A DNA stretch of 48,382 nucleotides from a virus. Its lineage: Duplodnaviria; Caudoviricetes. The stretch spans positions 1 through 48,382 of IMG/VR virus record IMGVR_UViG_3300033487_000009, one strand, 5' to 3'. Under the pieces are notes generated by a model, which was given only the letters and a program-made list of their open reading frames with translations, searched no databases and was not told the DNA's origin. Shown one piece after another: positions 1-7,516 of this stretch; the stretch's first letter is position 1, and each line of letters starts with the position of its first letter. The translations under genes were made by a program, and so were the position numbers.

Positions 1-126
1 TTTTTCAAAAGACGTTGCTGTGCCTCGTAGATTTCCTGATCCATTTAATGGGAATACCCCCTTCCAATTATTTTCGATGGATTGTTCCAGAATTTTATTA
101 GGGTCCTGACCATCTTCACGAAAATG
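1..126. repeat. Terminal direct repeat, copy 1 (assembly circularisation overlap)
   Basis: 1-126 is identical to 48245-48370, which implies a circular or circularly permuted 48,244-bp genome. Confidence 0.95.
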
Positions 127-621
127 TTTTAGCTTTAGTAGTAAAAGTTCGATAGCTTTTTGAGTCGGCTTCGATCTCATGATTTTTCTCATTTCTAAAA
201 ATGAATCCCATATGTTTTTATCAATCCATTCGGGTATTGTATTATTATATATATTCTTATCTATTCTTATCTTATCTAATCTGTTGTGAGAATTCTCTTT
301 GATTTCCTTATGGACATCATCGCTAAGTACCCGTTTTTTCTTCTTATGGTCCCTCCAATAACGTTTTTGATTGAGCGTGTATTGAACGTCTATTAAGACC
401 TTATTGAGCACGTATTGAATGTCTATTGACCTCTTATTGAGCTTTTCTTGGAGGCTATCAAGTGTTTTATAATGGACGTGTTTGAGCATTTGATCGCGGG
501 TTGGTTCGTGCTCCAACTCTGCCGCTAAAGCCATAATTTTGATCCATGCACGGAATTCAGAATCTCTTAAATCCGAATACTCGTGAAGAATGTGATTAGG
601 TTTGATCTTAATCCAGTCCAT
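1..621 (-). CDS. Phage replication initiator / replisome organizer, 5' part (continues across the junction into 48244-48104; 253 aa total)
   Basis: Missed by the ORF track and translated by hand from the ATG at 621: MDWIKIKPNH...LDKIRIDK...IPEWIDKNIWDSFLEMRK...KPTQKA...GQDPNKILEQSIENNWKGVF. The N-terminal WIK motif, the DKIRIDK linker and the C-terminal domain are typical of phage initiators. It contains internal iteron-like repeats. Confidence 0.8.
   Translation of the reverse strand, partial: MDWIKIKPNHILHEYSDLRDSEFRAWIKIMALAAELEHEPTRDQMLKHVHYKTLDSLQEKLNKRSIDIQYVLNKVLIDVQYTLNQKRYWRDHKKKKRVLSDDVHKEIKENSHNRLDKIRIDKNIYNNTIPEWIDKNIWDSFLEMRKIMRSKPTQKAIELLLLKLKHFREDGQDPNKILEQSIENNWKGVFPLNGSGNLRGTATSFEK
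370..442. repeat. Iteron-like array (putative replication origin inside the initiator gene)
   Basis: ATTGA core (ATTAA once) at 370, 381, 392, 403, 414, 425 and 436: an exact 11-bp period with a 33-bp higher-order unit. An AT-rich tract lies nearby at ~236-281. Confidence 0.7.
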
Positions 622-627
622 AGGCCC

Positions 628-1593
628 CTATACAATCTTTCCATTAGGAAGTATTCTTCGGTTAGAAACATCAAAATCGCCATTCTTCTCGATGTTGATT
701 ATGCTCACGCCCCAACACCAATCATTGCCAAATGGATTATAATCCGGCGATAAATTACATAGACATCCGACGGACCATGTAGTGAGATATGTCCCCATGA
801 TGTTCGTCGCTGAGTTCTCTGATGTTCTGTGACAATGAGCGCATAAGGCCCAGGATTTCGTTTTCAGGAACAATCCGCGAGCTGGATTTACCGTTAAATG
901 CAGGTTCCGAAATTCATGACCGTGAAAAACGGGTAATTTGCCCGCCAGGATCATTTGTTTCTCGTCAACGACATCGTACCCACGTTCATCCAATCCAAGG
1001 GCACCACGGGCAGCCTCAAGCGGAATTCCGGTAAGTTCCGGGGCATGTACCTGATAATATCTGTCCAGACGCGCTTCATGGTTCCCCATTTTGTATACTT
1101 TTTGCTTTTTGGGGAAGGCTTGAGAAATGAAATCCAAGAAATCAATAGACGCTTCCATTTCCTTGTCGAAGTCACGTTTAACTCTTGTGGGCCAGAATCC
1201 GATAGCAGCGCAATCCTGCGTGTCTCCACATAACAGAACACCGTCCACATTATTGTCCTGTCCGTGTCGGATTGCCACTTCTATCGGCATGATTTCATGA
1301 AACGGTATATGAACGTCGGCCAATAGTAACCATTTGCCCGGTTTTAGTTTATATGGAGTTCTTGTCTCTCGTAATGTCTTAGGGATAACGACCTTGTGTT
1401 CAATTAATTCTTTAACGTCTACACGATTCTTATCACCATAGGTTCCGGTGTAGTATCGTAGGTTACTTCTTATTTTTTCCAGATCGCCATCGAACAACGC
1501 CCCATAGTTGTTGAGTATGTATCGCGCTATGGTCCTCTTGGGTTGATGTGGGAAACGCCTCAGTGCATCTTTTATAATTTCTGATCTATTCAT
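628..1593 (-). CDS. Calcineurin-like metallophosphoesterase with N-terminal helical domain
   Basis: Motifs DVH, GDxxD (CGDTQD), GNHE, HGH and AHCH occur in canonical order. Confidence 0.85.
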   Translation of the reverse strand: MNRSEIIKDALRRFPHQPKRTIARYILNNYGALFDGDLEKIRSNLRYYTGTYGDKNRVDVKELIEHKVVIPKTLRETRTPYKLKPGKWLLLADVHIPFHEIMPIEVAIRHGQDNNVDGVLLCGDTQDCAAIGFWPTRVKRDFDKEMEASIDFLDFISQAFPKKQKVYKMGNHEARLDRYYQVHAPELTGIPLEAARGALGLDERGYDVVDEKQMILAGKLPVFHGHEFRNLHLTVNPARGLFLKTKSWALCAHCHRTSENSATNIMGTYLTTWSVGCLCNLSPDYNPFGNDWCWGVSIINIEKNGDFDVSNRRILPNGKIV

Positions 1594-1867
1594 TTTTTAC
1601 CTCATAAGTATCGACATCGCATACCTTACGGCAGTTTTTACATTCATACCATTCTTTTATTCCCCGATCACGGCATGAAGAGCATGCAATTACCGGTCTT
1701 CGACAACACTTTGAAATGTATGGTTGTCTGAATAGTTCTTCGTTAGGAGACCCTGTTTTTAAGTCAATAATCTTTACCTTTGTAGACCTGGACTTATAAA
1801 CACGGTTTCCTTTCTTGAACCGATCATTCTTGCTCGACTTGCTGAATTTTCGCATCGTTAGGCTCAC
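1586..1867 (-). CDS. Hypothetical Cys-rich (zinc-binding) protein
   Basis: SKCC, CSSC and CKNC motifs. Overlaps its neighbours in operon fashion; start uncertain. Confidence 0.55.
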   Translation of the reverse strand: MSLTMRKFSKSSKNDRFKKGNRVYKSRSTKVKIIDLKTGSPNEELFRQPYISKCCRRPVIACSSCRDRGIKEWYECKNCRKVCDVDTYEVKNE

Positions 1868-2237
1868 TCATAATATATTTTGTAACGGTTACAGAATACT
1901 TATCATCAAATAAGCGCAGCAATTCCGGATTGTCTGTCAAAACGGCGGTTATGCCTTGACTGAGGCCCTCAATCAGCATTTCCTCTTTGGCCGATCCCAA
2001 CTTGGCAAGCATCCCGGCACAATGAATCGTGTCGATCACATGGAGGATTTCATGCCATAGGACTTGTTTGATGTGACTGTCTGAATAAGCAAACCCGCTA
2101 TCCGTTGATCCAGAAATATATATTTTACCGGTAGATAACCATACACTTCCACTGCAATCATTCCGCTCCTTGTATTGATACGGGAATTGAACGGTTAATT
2201 CATGTGATCCGATCTTGAGAGTCTCTGGCATTTTCAT
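1824..2237 (-). CDS. HEXXH zinc metallopeptidase-like protein (ImmA/IrrE-like zincin fold)
   Basis: VLWHEILH followed by a downstream EE. The probable start is MKMPETLKIG at 2237 (AAAGGA upstream). Confidence 0.65.
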   Translation of the reverse strand: MKMPETLKIGSHELTVQFPYQYKERNDCSGSVWLSTGKIYISGSTDSGFAYSDSHIKQVLWHEILHVIDTIHCAGMLAKLGSAKEEMLIEGLSQGITAVLTDNPELLRLFDDKYSVTVTKYIMSEPNDAKIQQVEQE

Positions 2238-2259
2238 AAGAAATCCTTTCGGGTGTCCA

Positions 2260-2517
2260 TTATTTTGTCCGTCTCTTCCGTTCCCACATTTTCGTATATG
2301 TGAAATCCTTCCTGTTGAATTTATAGGCAATGTCCTTTTCTGGTGTAGAGATAATGACATCCGCCCCATCCCGTTTTATGTCCAGCATATTGTCCAATGA
2401 AACAGAAGCTCGTTCAGGAGGCAGATCGGCATAATACCGGCACAGGAGAACAGAGAACACGATCATAACGATCAGGAGGATTATCAGGATGATGAGATTA
2501 GCAATGTATTCTTTCAT
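2260..2517 (-). CDS. Small membrane protein
   Basis: N-terminal hydrophobic helix (IANLIILIILLIVMIVFSVLLC). Confidence 0.6.
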   Translation of the reverse strand: MKEYIANLIILIILLIVMIVFSVLLCRYYADLPPERASVSLDNMLDIKRDGADVIISTPEKDIAYKFNRKDFTYTKMWERKRRTK

Positions 2518-2593
2518 AAGTCATCCCAAAATATCCAGAAAATACATATAATAACCGACATTGCCATCATGGTGTATAATAAAATAGTCATTT

Positions 2594-2953
2594 TTATTCC
2601 TCCTCCTCGTCGTCTGGCAAGTCCTCTTTCGGCGGAACAATCTCAATCTCTGTTTCACCCACAAAGCCGATTTTAGGTTTCAGGTTGATCATGGTCGCCA
2701 TATCGTACATTGACTTCAATGACAAGCTGCCACGTTGTTCAAACCACGAACAATCAAGAATAGGATCGTTACCATGAAGGACTTTCGTCTCGCCCCATTG
2801 AGAGATACAGAAAACATTCAGCCGGTCATATTGTTTCAACTGCCATTGAAAGTGGATACATTTTTCACATATACCAAATCCTTTAGGCACATTCTTCCCG
2901 CCGTCTATCTTTATGGTCTTATTCTCTAACCGCTTGACTTCACGCCAACTCAT
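2594..2953 (-). CDS. Hypothetical protein (CxxC motif, acidic tail)
   Basis: 119-aa ORF co-oriented with the block; CEKC...C...C. Confidence 0.6.
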   Translation of the reverse strand: MSWREVKRLENKTIKIDGGKNVPKGFGICEKCIHFQWQLKQYDRLNVFCISQWGETKVLHGNDPILDCSWFEQRGSLSLKSMYDMATMINLKPKIGFVGETEIEIVPPKEDLPDDEEEE

Positions 2954-2970
2954 AAGAGCTATATCTCATT

Positions 2971-3201
2971 TTAAAGGCCGAAATTTCGTTCATTCACTAA
3001 TCGCTTTAGGTCTTTTTGAAAATATTCAACCATTGTAGATTCACCCTCAATTTCATATCTAACCGTTTCACGTAAGAGATGAGTTTCCCTTTCAATTTTA
3101 TATTTCAAATTATATAGCCAACATAAATTTTTAATCAAGCAATCCATCCTTTCCCATCTTGGGCCAAATGTAAAAGATTTTATTCGTACTAATTCTTTCA
3201 T
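2971..3201 (-). CDS. Hypothetical protein
   Basis: GGAGGT RBS before MKELVRIK at 3201; ATGA overlap with the upstream stop. Confidence 0.55.
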   Translation of the reverse strand: MKELVRIKSFTFGPRWERMDCLIKNLCWLYNLKYKIERETHLLRETVRYEIEGESTMVEYFQKDLKRLVNERNFGL

Positions 3202-3671
3202 AATCCTACCTCCTCCGCAATCTTGCAAGCCGTTTCCGTGGCTTTACAATCCGGACGATAACGCGCTCTCCCTGTCGTCAAGAAGTCAAACCACCAATCC
3301 TTGAATTCTTGATTGTTTTTCGTGATGGTCTCTTTTTTATATCTGAGAAAATCAAAATCCACTCTTGTCCGCACCCCGCCGGCAATGATCTTCTCCTTGA
3401 AGTCGGGGTCATGATGTGCCGACTCCGAACCTAACGTATGATGATGGGCGCACAGACACATCCCATTATCCGGATCGTATCGTGTGGCAGCATGTCTCCT
3501 CGAATAGATATGGTGGGGATGAAGTTGTGAAGTCCTTACCGTGCAGCAGGGATATTCGCACCTATATCCGGAGCGTTCCTTGACCTTCTCGGCCCATAAC
3601 TTCAATAGATGCCGGTCAGATACTTTTTTCCTTTTTTCTTTTTTTGGCTTCAACACATTTTTGCGAATCAT
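3198..3671 (-). CDS. HNH-family / NinG(Rap)-like endonuclease
   Basis: W...VKER...RCEYPCC...LHPHHIYSRR..ATRYDPDNGMCLCAHHH, after a basic N-terminus. GGAGG RBS before ATG 3671. Confidence 0.75.
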   Translation of the reverse strand: MIRKNVLKPKKEKRKKVSDRHLLKLWAEKVKERSGYRCEYPCCTVRTSQLHPHHIYSRRHAATRYDPDNGMCLCAHHHTLGSESAHHDPDFKEKIIAGGVRTRVDFDFLRYKKETITKNNQEFKDWWFDFLTTGRARYRPDCKATETACKIAEEVGL

Positions 3672-4014
3672 ATTCCCTCCATCCGTCTCCTTCCCATTCA
3701 TAGCAGCGGTGACACAGAAACTTATTCCCCTCAGCTATTGGGTTTTCATGGCAGCATGTGCAGCGTGGTCTTGCTTTATATTTCTCTTGGCGTTGTTTAT
3801 AAAGAGATTTATTACGTTGATACTCTTCCTTTTTCTTCTTTTTTTCAGCTATGAACGTACATCTTTTGCAGTATTTTTGATTGCCGGTAACAGGTCGGAA
3901 AGGTTCATTACAGAATGAGCATATCATAACATCACTCAGGTCCACATCATCGTTTTCAATGCCAAATTTGCGGCAGAGGTCTTCAAGGTCGTTTAAGAGG
4001 TCGTTATAGATCAT
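3616..4014 (-). CDS. Zinc-finger protein (four CxxC pairs, basic linker), possible regulator
   Basis: CSFC...YCKRC...CTCC...CHRC. First gene behind the leftward promoter. Start is 4014 or 4041. Confidence 0.6.
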   Translation of the reverse strand: MIYNDLLNDLEDLCRKFGIENDDVDLSDVMICSFCNEPFRPVTGNQKYCKRCTFIAEKKKKKEEYQRNKSLYKQRQEKYKARPRCTCCHENPIAEGNKFLCHRCYEWEGDGWREYDSQKCVEAKKRKKEKSI

Positions 4015-4039
4015 GATTGATAAACCATTTCGGGACGAC

Positions 4040-4067
4040 ATGATACATCATCCAGAAAATAAGTCAA
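4040..4067 (-). promoter_or_regulatory. Putative leftward sigma70 promoter
   Basis: TTGACT-N16-TATCAT on the minus strand. Confidence 0.5.
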
Positions 4068-4104
4068 CATAAAAAAGGTTATAATAACTATAACTATATT
4101 TATC

Positions 4105-4133
4105 TTGACAATTATGGGGGGATAAAATAGTAT
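4105..4133 (+). promoter_or_regulatory. Rightward sigma70 promoter
   Basis: TTGACA(4105-4110)-N17-TAGTAT(4128-4133) with an AT-rich upstream tract, at the strand divergence point. Confidence 0.7.
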
Positions 4134-4162
4134 GGCACAAAACGAGGAAAGGATGATTAGTT

Positions 4163-4363
4163 ATGTATGAACAAAGATGTCATGCTTGTAGGTTGGAATT
4201 GCCCCTTGAGTGTAAATATCGTGTGGAGTGTCACATAAACGGCACATTGACAACCATTGCGCTTTGTAGCGGAGGTTATACACTGAACATTATACAGAAT
4301 TGCAAATACAGGATCGCCGTAACTGTAAAGGAAGAAACATCTGACGAGGACAAGGAGGAATAA
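4163..4363 (+). CDS. Hypothetical Cys-rich small protein
   Basis: AGGA RBS; CHAC motif; first ORF of the plus block. Confidence 0.55.
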   Translation: MYEQRCHACRLELPLECKYRVECHINGTLTTIALCSGGYTLNIIQNCKYRIAVTVKEETSDEDKEE

Positions 4364-4468
4364 ATGGTGACCAAGCATAAAATCAGAAATATTTATCTTA
4401 CATTGGTTATTTTTATACTGGATATTCTTATCTGGATTAGTAGGAAATTAAATATTTAGGAGGATGAA

Positions 4469-4669
4469 ATGAGAACTTTGGGTGATGATTTACCGAAAGA
4501 ACAAGCAAGGGTTCGAGAAGTCTTGGGGGTATATAAGGCATTAGGTCCTGCGGGAAGATTCGGAGCGATCATGATTGAGCAGTCACTACAAAAGGCCGAT
4601 AAAGCTGTAATGAGCGGCGATCTTGCCGAAATGATTCGTGCCTATCAGGATTTGAAAGGTATTGAATAA
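4469..4669 (+). CDS. Conserved small phage protein
   Basis: AGGAGG RBS; LP.EQARVRE.L..Y..LGPAG.FGA.MIE pattern seen in many phages (recalled, not searched). Confidence 0.7.
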   Translation: MRTLGDDLPKEQARVREVLGVYKALGPAGRFGAIMIEQSLQKADKAVMSGDLAEMIRAYQDLKGIE

Positions 4670-4787
4670 TGAGGAACATAACGGTATCTGAGGCATGGGC
4701 TTTGTTCGGCTTAATTCTAAGTATTATTGGGTTATGTTTGAGTATTTGCGCAATCGTTCATTCTTATTTTTATTAGGAGGAGAAACC

Positions 4788-4973
4788 ATGAGAACTTTTA
4801 TACTTGTAGCATTTTGGATTTATGTTGTCACGTTTATCATAACAGTATTCCAGATGGCACTTAGTGAATATCCCCGCATTGAACCACCAAGGGGCTTGGG
4901 ATATGACGCTGCAAAGTGTTTTATCGCCTTAGCTTTCGGCTTATGGGCGGCATTTGTACTCTGGATGGGTTAG
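4788..4973 (+). CDS. Small two-TM membrane protein
   Basis: AGGAGG RBS before MRTFILV; two hydrophobic segments. Confidence 0.65.
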   Translation: MRTFILVAFWIYVVTFIITVFQMALSEYPRIEPPRGLGYDAAKCFIALAFGLWAAFVLWMG

Positions 4974-5126
4974 ATGATGATCCTTCATGATGAACAACCC
5001 GACGACCGTGACGATATAGAGGAAGAAAAGGATACTTACGAGAAACCATATCGCAGAGATATGTGGGCATTTTATGACTGGCCCTCAGATGAACAGATGG
5101 AACATTTCAAAAGAGGCGGAAGATAG
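4974..5126 (+). CDS. Small acidic hypothetical protein (50 aa)
   Basis: Hand-translated MMILHDEQPDD...; fills the gap between neighbours. Confidence 0.45.
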   Translation: MMILHDEQPDDRDDIEEEKDTYEKPYRRDMWAFYDWPSDEQMEHFKRGGR

Positions 5127-5138
5127 GAGGAGGGGATA

Positions 5139-5282
5139 ATGCAGTTTTTTCGTAGGTTATGGAATTCACCCGATAGATGGTTAGATATTCTATCAATAAT
5201 TTTCTTGGGACCCATGATTATTTATTTGATATTATACATATTTGCTTATACAATGTGTAAGATAGAAGGAGGAATATGTTGA
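5139..5282 (+). CDS. Small membrane protein (47 aa)
   Basis: GGAGG RBS; MQFFRRLW...ILSIIFLGPMIIYLILHIF. Confidence 0.5.
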   Translation: MQFFRRLWNSPDRWLDILSIIFLGPMIIYLILYIFAYTMCKIEGGIC

Positions 5283-5392
5283 AGGAAAAAATGGTGGCAT
5301 TGGTAGGAGCGATAACTTTCATCATCTTGTGGGCTGCATTTTGGATTTGCTTAATCGGAGTTGTCGTTCATTTCGTGACTAAGTACTGGTAA
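5276..5392 (+). CDS. Small membrane protein (38 aa)
   Basis: AGGAGG RBS; single TM helix ending HFVTKYW. Confidence 0.55.
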   Translation: MLKEKMVALVGAITFIILWAAFWICLIGVVVHFVTKYW

Positions 5393-5429
5393 ACTTGAGG
5401 CGGCAATAATAAATCGAAAGGAGAATAAG

Positions 5430-5798
5430 ATGAATCAGCAACAAAGAAGTTATGCAATGGAACGAATTAACATGATGGAAAAAGAGAAACTATGGAAAAT
5501 TCAAACAAAATTCACCACTCCCGAAGTGGCGATTAGCGAACGGGAAAAAATCGCCTTGATCCAAAAAGGTACCGTTAAGCTCGTCAAGGAAGATATTTAT
5601 CGTTATACAAAACTGTTTGATGCCTTTGATTTCTCAAAACACGAACGTCCATCCCAGTTTAATGTAGACAAGGCAAAATCGGCAATGGACCTCGTAAAAA
5701 AGGCAGCCACGGAAACAAAGGACAAATTGATGCTTGCCAATGAAACGGAAGCATTGGAAGCCATTCAAAATTTCGAGAAGATCATCAAAGCAATTTAA
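5430..5798 (+). CDS. Hypothetical protein (helical)
   Basis: AAGGAG RBS, 122 aa. Confidence 0.7.
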   Translation: MNQQQRSYAMERINMMEKEKLWKIQTKFTTPEVAISEREKIALIQKGTVKLVKEDIYRYTKLFDAFDFSKHERPSQFNVDKAKSAMDLVKKAATETKDKLMLANETEALEAIQNFEKIIKAI

Positions 5799-5813
5799 TG
5801 AAAGGAGAATAAA

Positions 5814-6089
5814 ATGTCAGAAGGAACATTGGTAGCAGCGGGAAGAGAAAAAAATTACGGGGAATTGATCAAGCTTGGAGATTACGTTCTGGAATTGTCT
5901 CAATTAATATCCAATCAAATAGAGGCCAAACTTTCGGGCGTTACAAAACCTTCCACTCCGAATGTAAGTGGAAAACCAGAAGAGCAAGGGACTTGGCCTG
6001 TTCAACTCCAACAGATTAAGGATAGATTCAAAGGAATCGAGGCTAACATGAAATTGGTTCAAGACACCCTTGACCGGCTGGAGATTTGA
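5814..6089 (+). CDS. Hypothetical protein (coiled coil)
   Basis: Same GAAAGGAGAATAA leader as the previous gene. Confidence 0.7.
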   Translation: MSEGTLVAAGREKNYGELIKLGDYVLELSQLISNQIEAKLSGVTKPSTPNVSGKPEEQGTWPVQLQQIKDRFKGIEANMKLVQDTLDRLEI

Positions 6090-6101
6090 AAGGAGAGATC
6101 A

Positions 6102-6260
6102 ATGCGTCCTGTGAATGAAAACAAGGTATATAATTTCTGGATTAAAAATGACAAGAATTTCTTAGAAGCCTGTCGGGCCGCTACTGTTGAACCCACAAGA
6201 AGGCAAGCATCGAAATGGTTAAACAAAAAGGGGAGAGCGTATAAACACAGGCTGCATTAA
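6102..6260 (+). CDS. Small basic phage protein (52 aa)
   Basis: AAGGAG RBS; MRPVNENK...FLEACRAATVEPTRRQASKWLNKKGRAY. Confidence 0.6.
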   Translation: MRPVNENKVYNFWIKNDKNFLEACRAATVEPTRRQASKWLNKKGRAYKHRLH

Positions 6261-6267
6261 ATAAGGT

Positions 6268-6381
6268 GGTCATGGCGGCGTGTCAGCGTCGGGTTGAAAT
6301 ACGTTCTGACAGACGTATCGGACAACGGGGGCAATTACCGCAACCCCGGTGCCGGGTGGGGAATCCGGTCCATGACCACCA
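6268..6381 (+). ncRNA. tRNA-like element 1 (acceptor stem plus encoded CCA, enlarged arms)
   Basis: GGTCATG(6268-74) pairs with CATGACC(6371-77), followed by A-CCA. T-arm-like GCCGG-GTGGGGAAT-CCGGT. Internal TGTCAG/CTGACA and GGGG/CCCC stems. No canonical anticodon loop. Confidence 0.55.
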
Positions 6382-6387
6382 CAAATA

Positions 6388-6442
6388 GGCGGGGTAGCAA
6401 AAAAGCAGAGCGAATGTGCTCATAGCCAATCCTGCCCCGCCA
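6388..6442 (+). ncRNA. tRNA-like / minihelix element 2
   Basis: GGCGGGG pairs with CCCCGCC-A; GCAG...CCAATCCTGC resembles a T-stem. Confidence 0.4.
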
Positions 6443-6444
6443 AG

Positions 6445-6537
6445 GTTGCCCGGCTCTGGCAGTAACCAAGAATATCGGCTCGAAAGAGTGAGGGAAGAAA
6501 GCAGGAATAAGTACATGACCAATCCTGTCCGGGCAAC
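6445..6537 (+). ncRNA. tRNA-like element 3
   Basis: GTTGCCCGG/CCGGGCAAC closing stem; GCAGG...CCAATCCTGT T-stem-like arm. Confidence 0.4.
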
Positions 6538-6548
6538 TACTTTATGAA

Positions 6549-6708
6549 TGGTGGGTGGCGGAAGAGTAGAGACGCATTAGTATCCATGATGGAAAGCCGA
6601 AGCATGGACGGCAACGCAGAGCGGATGCAATTAAGGAATAGACGCAGTAGAAGCTACGAAGCAATGTCGTTAGATTAGGCTTGAGGGTATCGAATCCCTC
6701 CCCACCAC
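6549..6708 (+). ncRNA. tRNA-like element 4 (Leu/Ser-type D-arm, T-arm, ~95-nt structured insert in place of the anticodon loop)
   Basis: TGGTGGG/CCCACCA acceptor stem; TGGCGGAAGAGTAGAGACGC D-arm; GAGGG-TATCGAAT-CCCTC T-arm. Confidence 0.6.
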
Positions 6709-6727
6709 TTTAGGATTAGGAGGCAAC

Positions 6728-6916
6728 ATGATTCACATAATACCGGCACTGCTTATTTTGATCCTTGTTATCGGACTTACCTTGATGATTGTTTACGGCA
6801 AGGAGATAGATGCCTTTTTTGATGAGATAGAGAAAGAGATAGAGGAGAAGGAAATCATGGGAACACATCGTTTGATTGCCCATCAGTGGAATATATCTGT
6901 GGAGGAGGAACCATGA
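6728..6916 (+). CDS. Small membrane protein
   Basis: AGGAGG RBS; N-terminal TM helix. Confidence 0.6.
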   Translation: MIHIIPALLILILVIGLTLMIVYGKEIDAFFDEIEKEIEEKEIMGTHRLIAHQWNISVEEEP

Positions 6917-7122
6917 GAAGCAGAAAGGTAACACTGAGGTATTTTATTAACAGGTCGGATGGGTTTTTTCTTCCTGTTCTTATTATACAGATTGAACAGA
7001 ATTATAAACCAGAGATAAATCTCCGAATAATCCGTTGGTATAAGCGTAAATCCTCCGCTCGTCGTGCAGCCCATAAACTCGCTAAAGACCTGGGCCTTGA
7101 AATCATAAAGGAGGAATCATGA
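6913..7122 (+). CDS. Hypothetical basic protein
   Basis: GGAGG RBS; ATGA coupling at both ends. Confidence 0.55.
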   Translation: MRSRKVTLRYFINRSDGFFLPVLIIQIEQNYKPEINLRIIRWYKRKSSARRAAHKLAKDLGLEIIKEES

Positions 7123-7343
7123 AACCACATTACTTTCATGAGGACAAAGTAGACGACGATGATGTATGTCTTCAAATGGCAATCGGACAGGGTTACGTTC
7201 CTAAAACATGCCTATTAGGAGGATTTGTTGTAATGGGACTTGTGAACAAAGGGGAGGATGTCTGTAAGGGATGTAATGGGCCGAGGGAGAAATGTCATGG
7301 AAGACCTGGGCCTGATTATCACAAAGGAGGAGGATTAAAGTGA
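7119..7343 (+). CDS. Hypothetical Cys-rich protein
   Basis: AGGAGG RBS; GYVPKTCLLGG...CKGC...C. Confidence 0.6.
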   Translation: MKPHYFHEDKVDDDDVCLQMAIGQGYVPKTCLLGGFVVMGLVNKGEDVCKGCNGPREKCHGRPGPDYHKGGGLK

Positions 7344-7516
7344 TGGATAGAAATAAACGACAGGTTGCGAGAGCGAGTAAATGCATACTCTGTAAATACC
7401 ATCATTCTTTTGAAAAAGTTCCAGATGGCTGGTATTGCGGAAAGCATGTACGTTATGCATGTAGAAAATCAATGGAAAGGAAAGACTATTCCGTACTACG
7501 AAAGTCTGGGAAGTAA
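7343..7516 (+). CDS. Small Cys/His-rich protein (57 aa)
   Basis: Hand-translated MDRNKRQVARASKCILCKYHH...; TGATG coupling. Fits better than the track ORF 7365-7547. Confidence 0.5.
   Translation: MDRNKRQVARASKCILCKYHHSFEKVPDGWYCGKHVRYACRKSMERKDYSVLRKSGK

Noticed and set aside
1-126. Biological direct terminal repeat
   Set aside because: It falls in the middle of the initiator gene and has a length typical of assembler overlaps, so it indicates circularity, not physical ends.
6265-6708. Canonical tRNA genes or tmRNA
   Set aside because: No 7-nt anticodon loops, non-canonical T-loops, and too short for tmRNA with no tag ORF recognised. Kept as tRNA-like ncRNA only.
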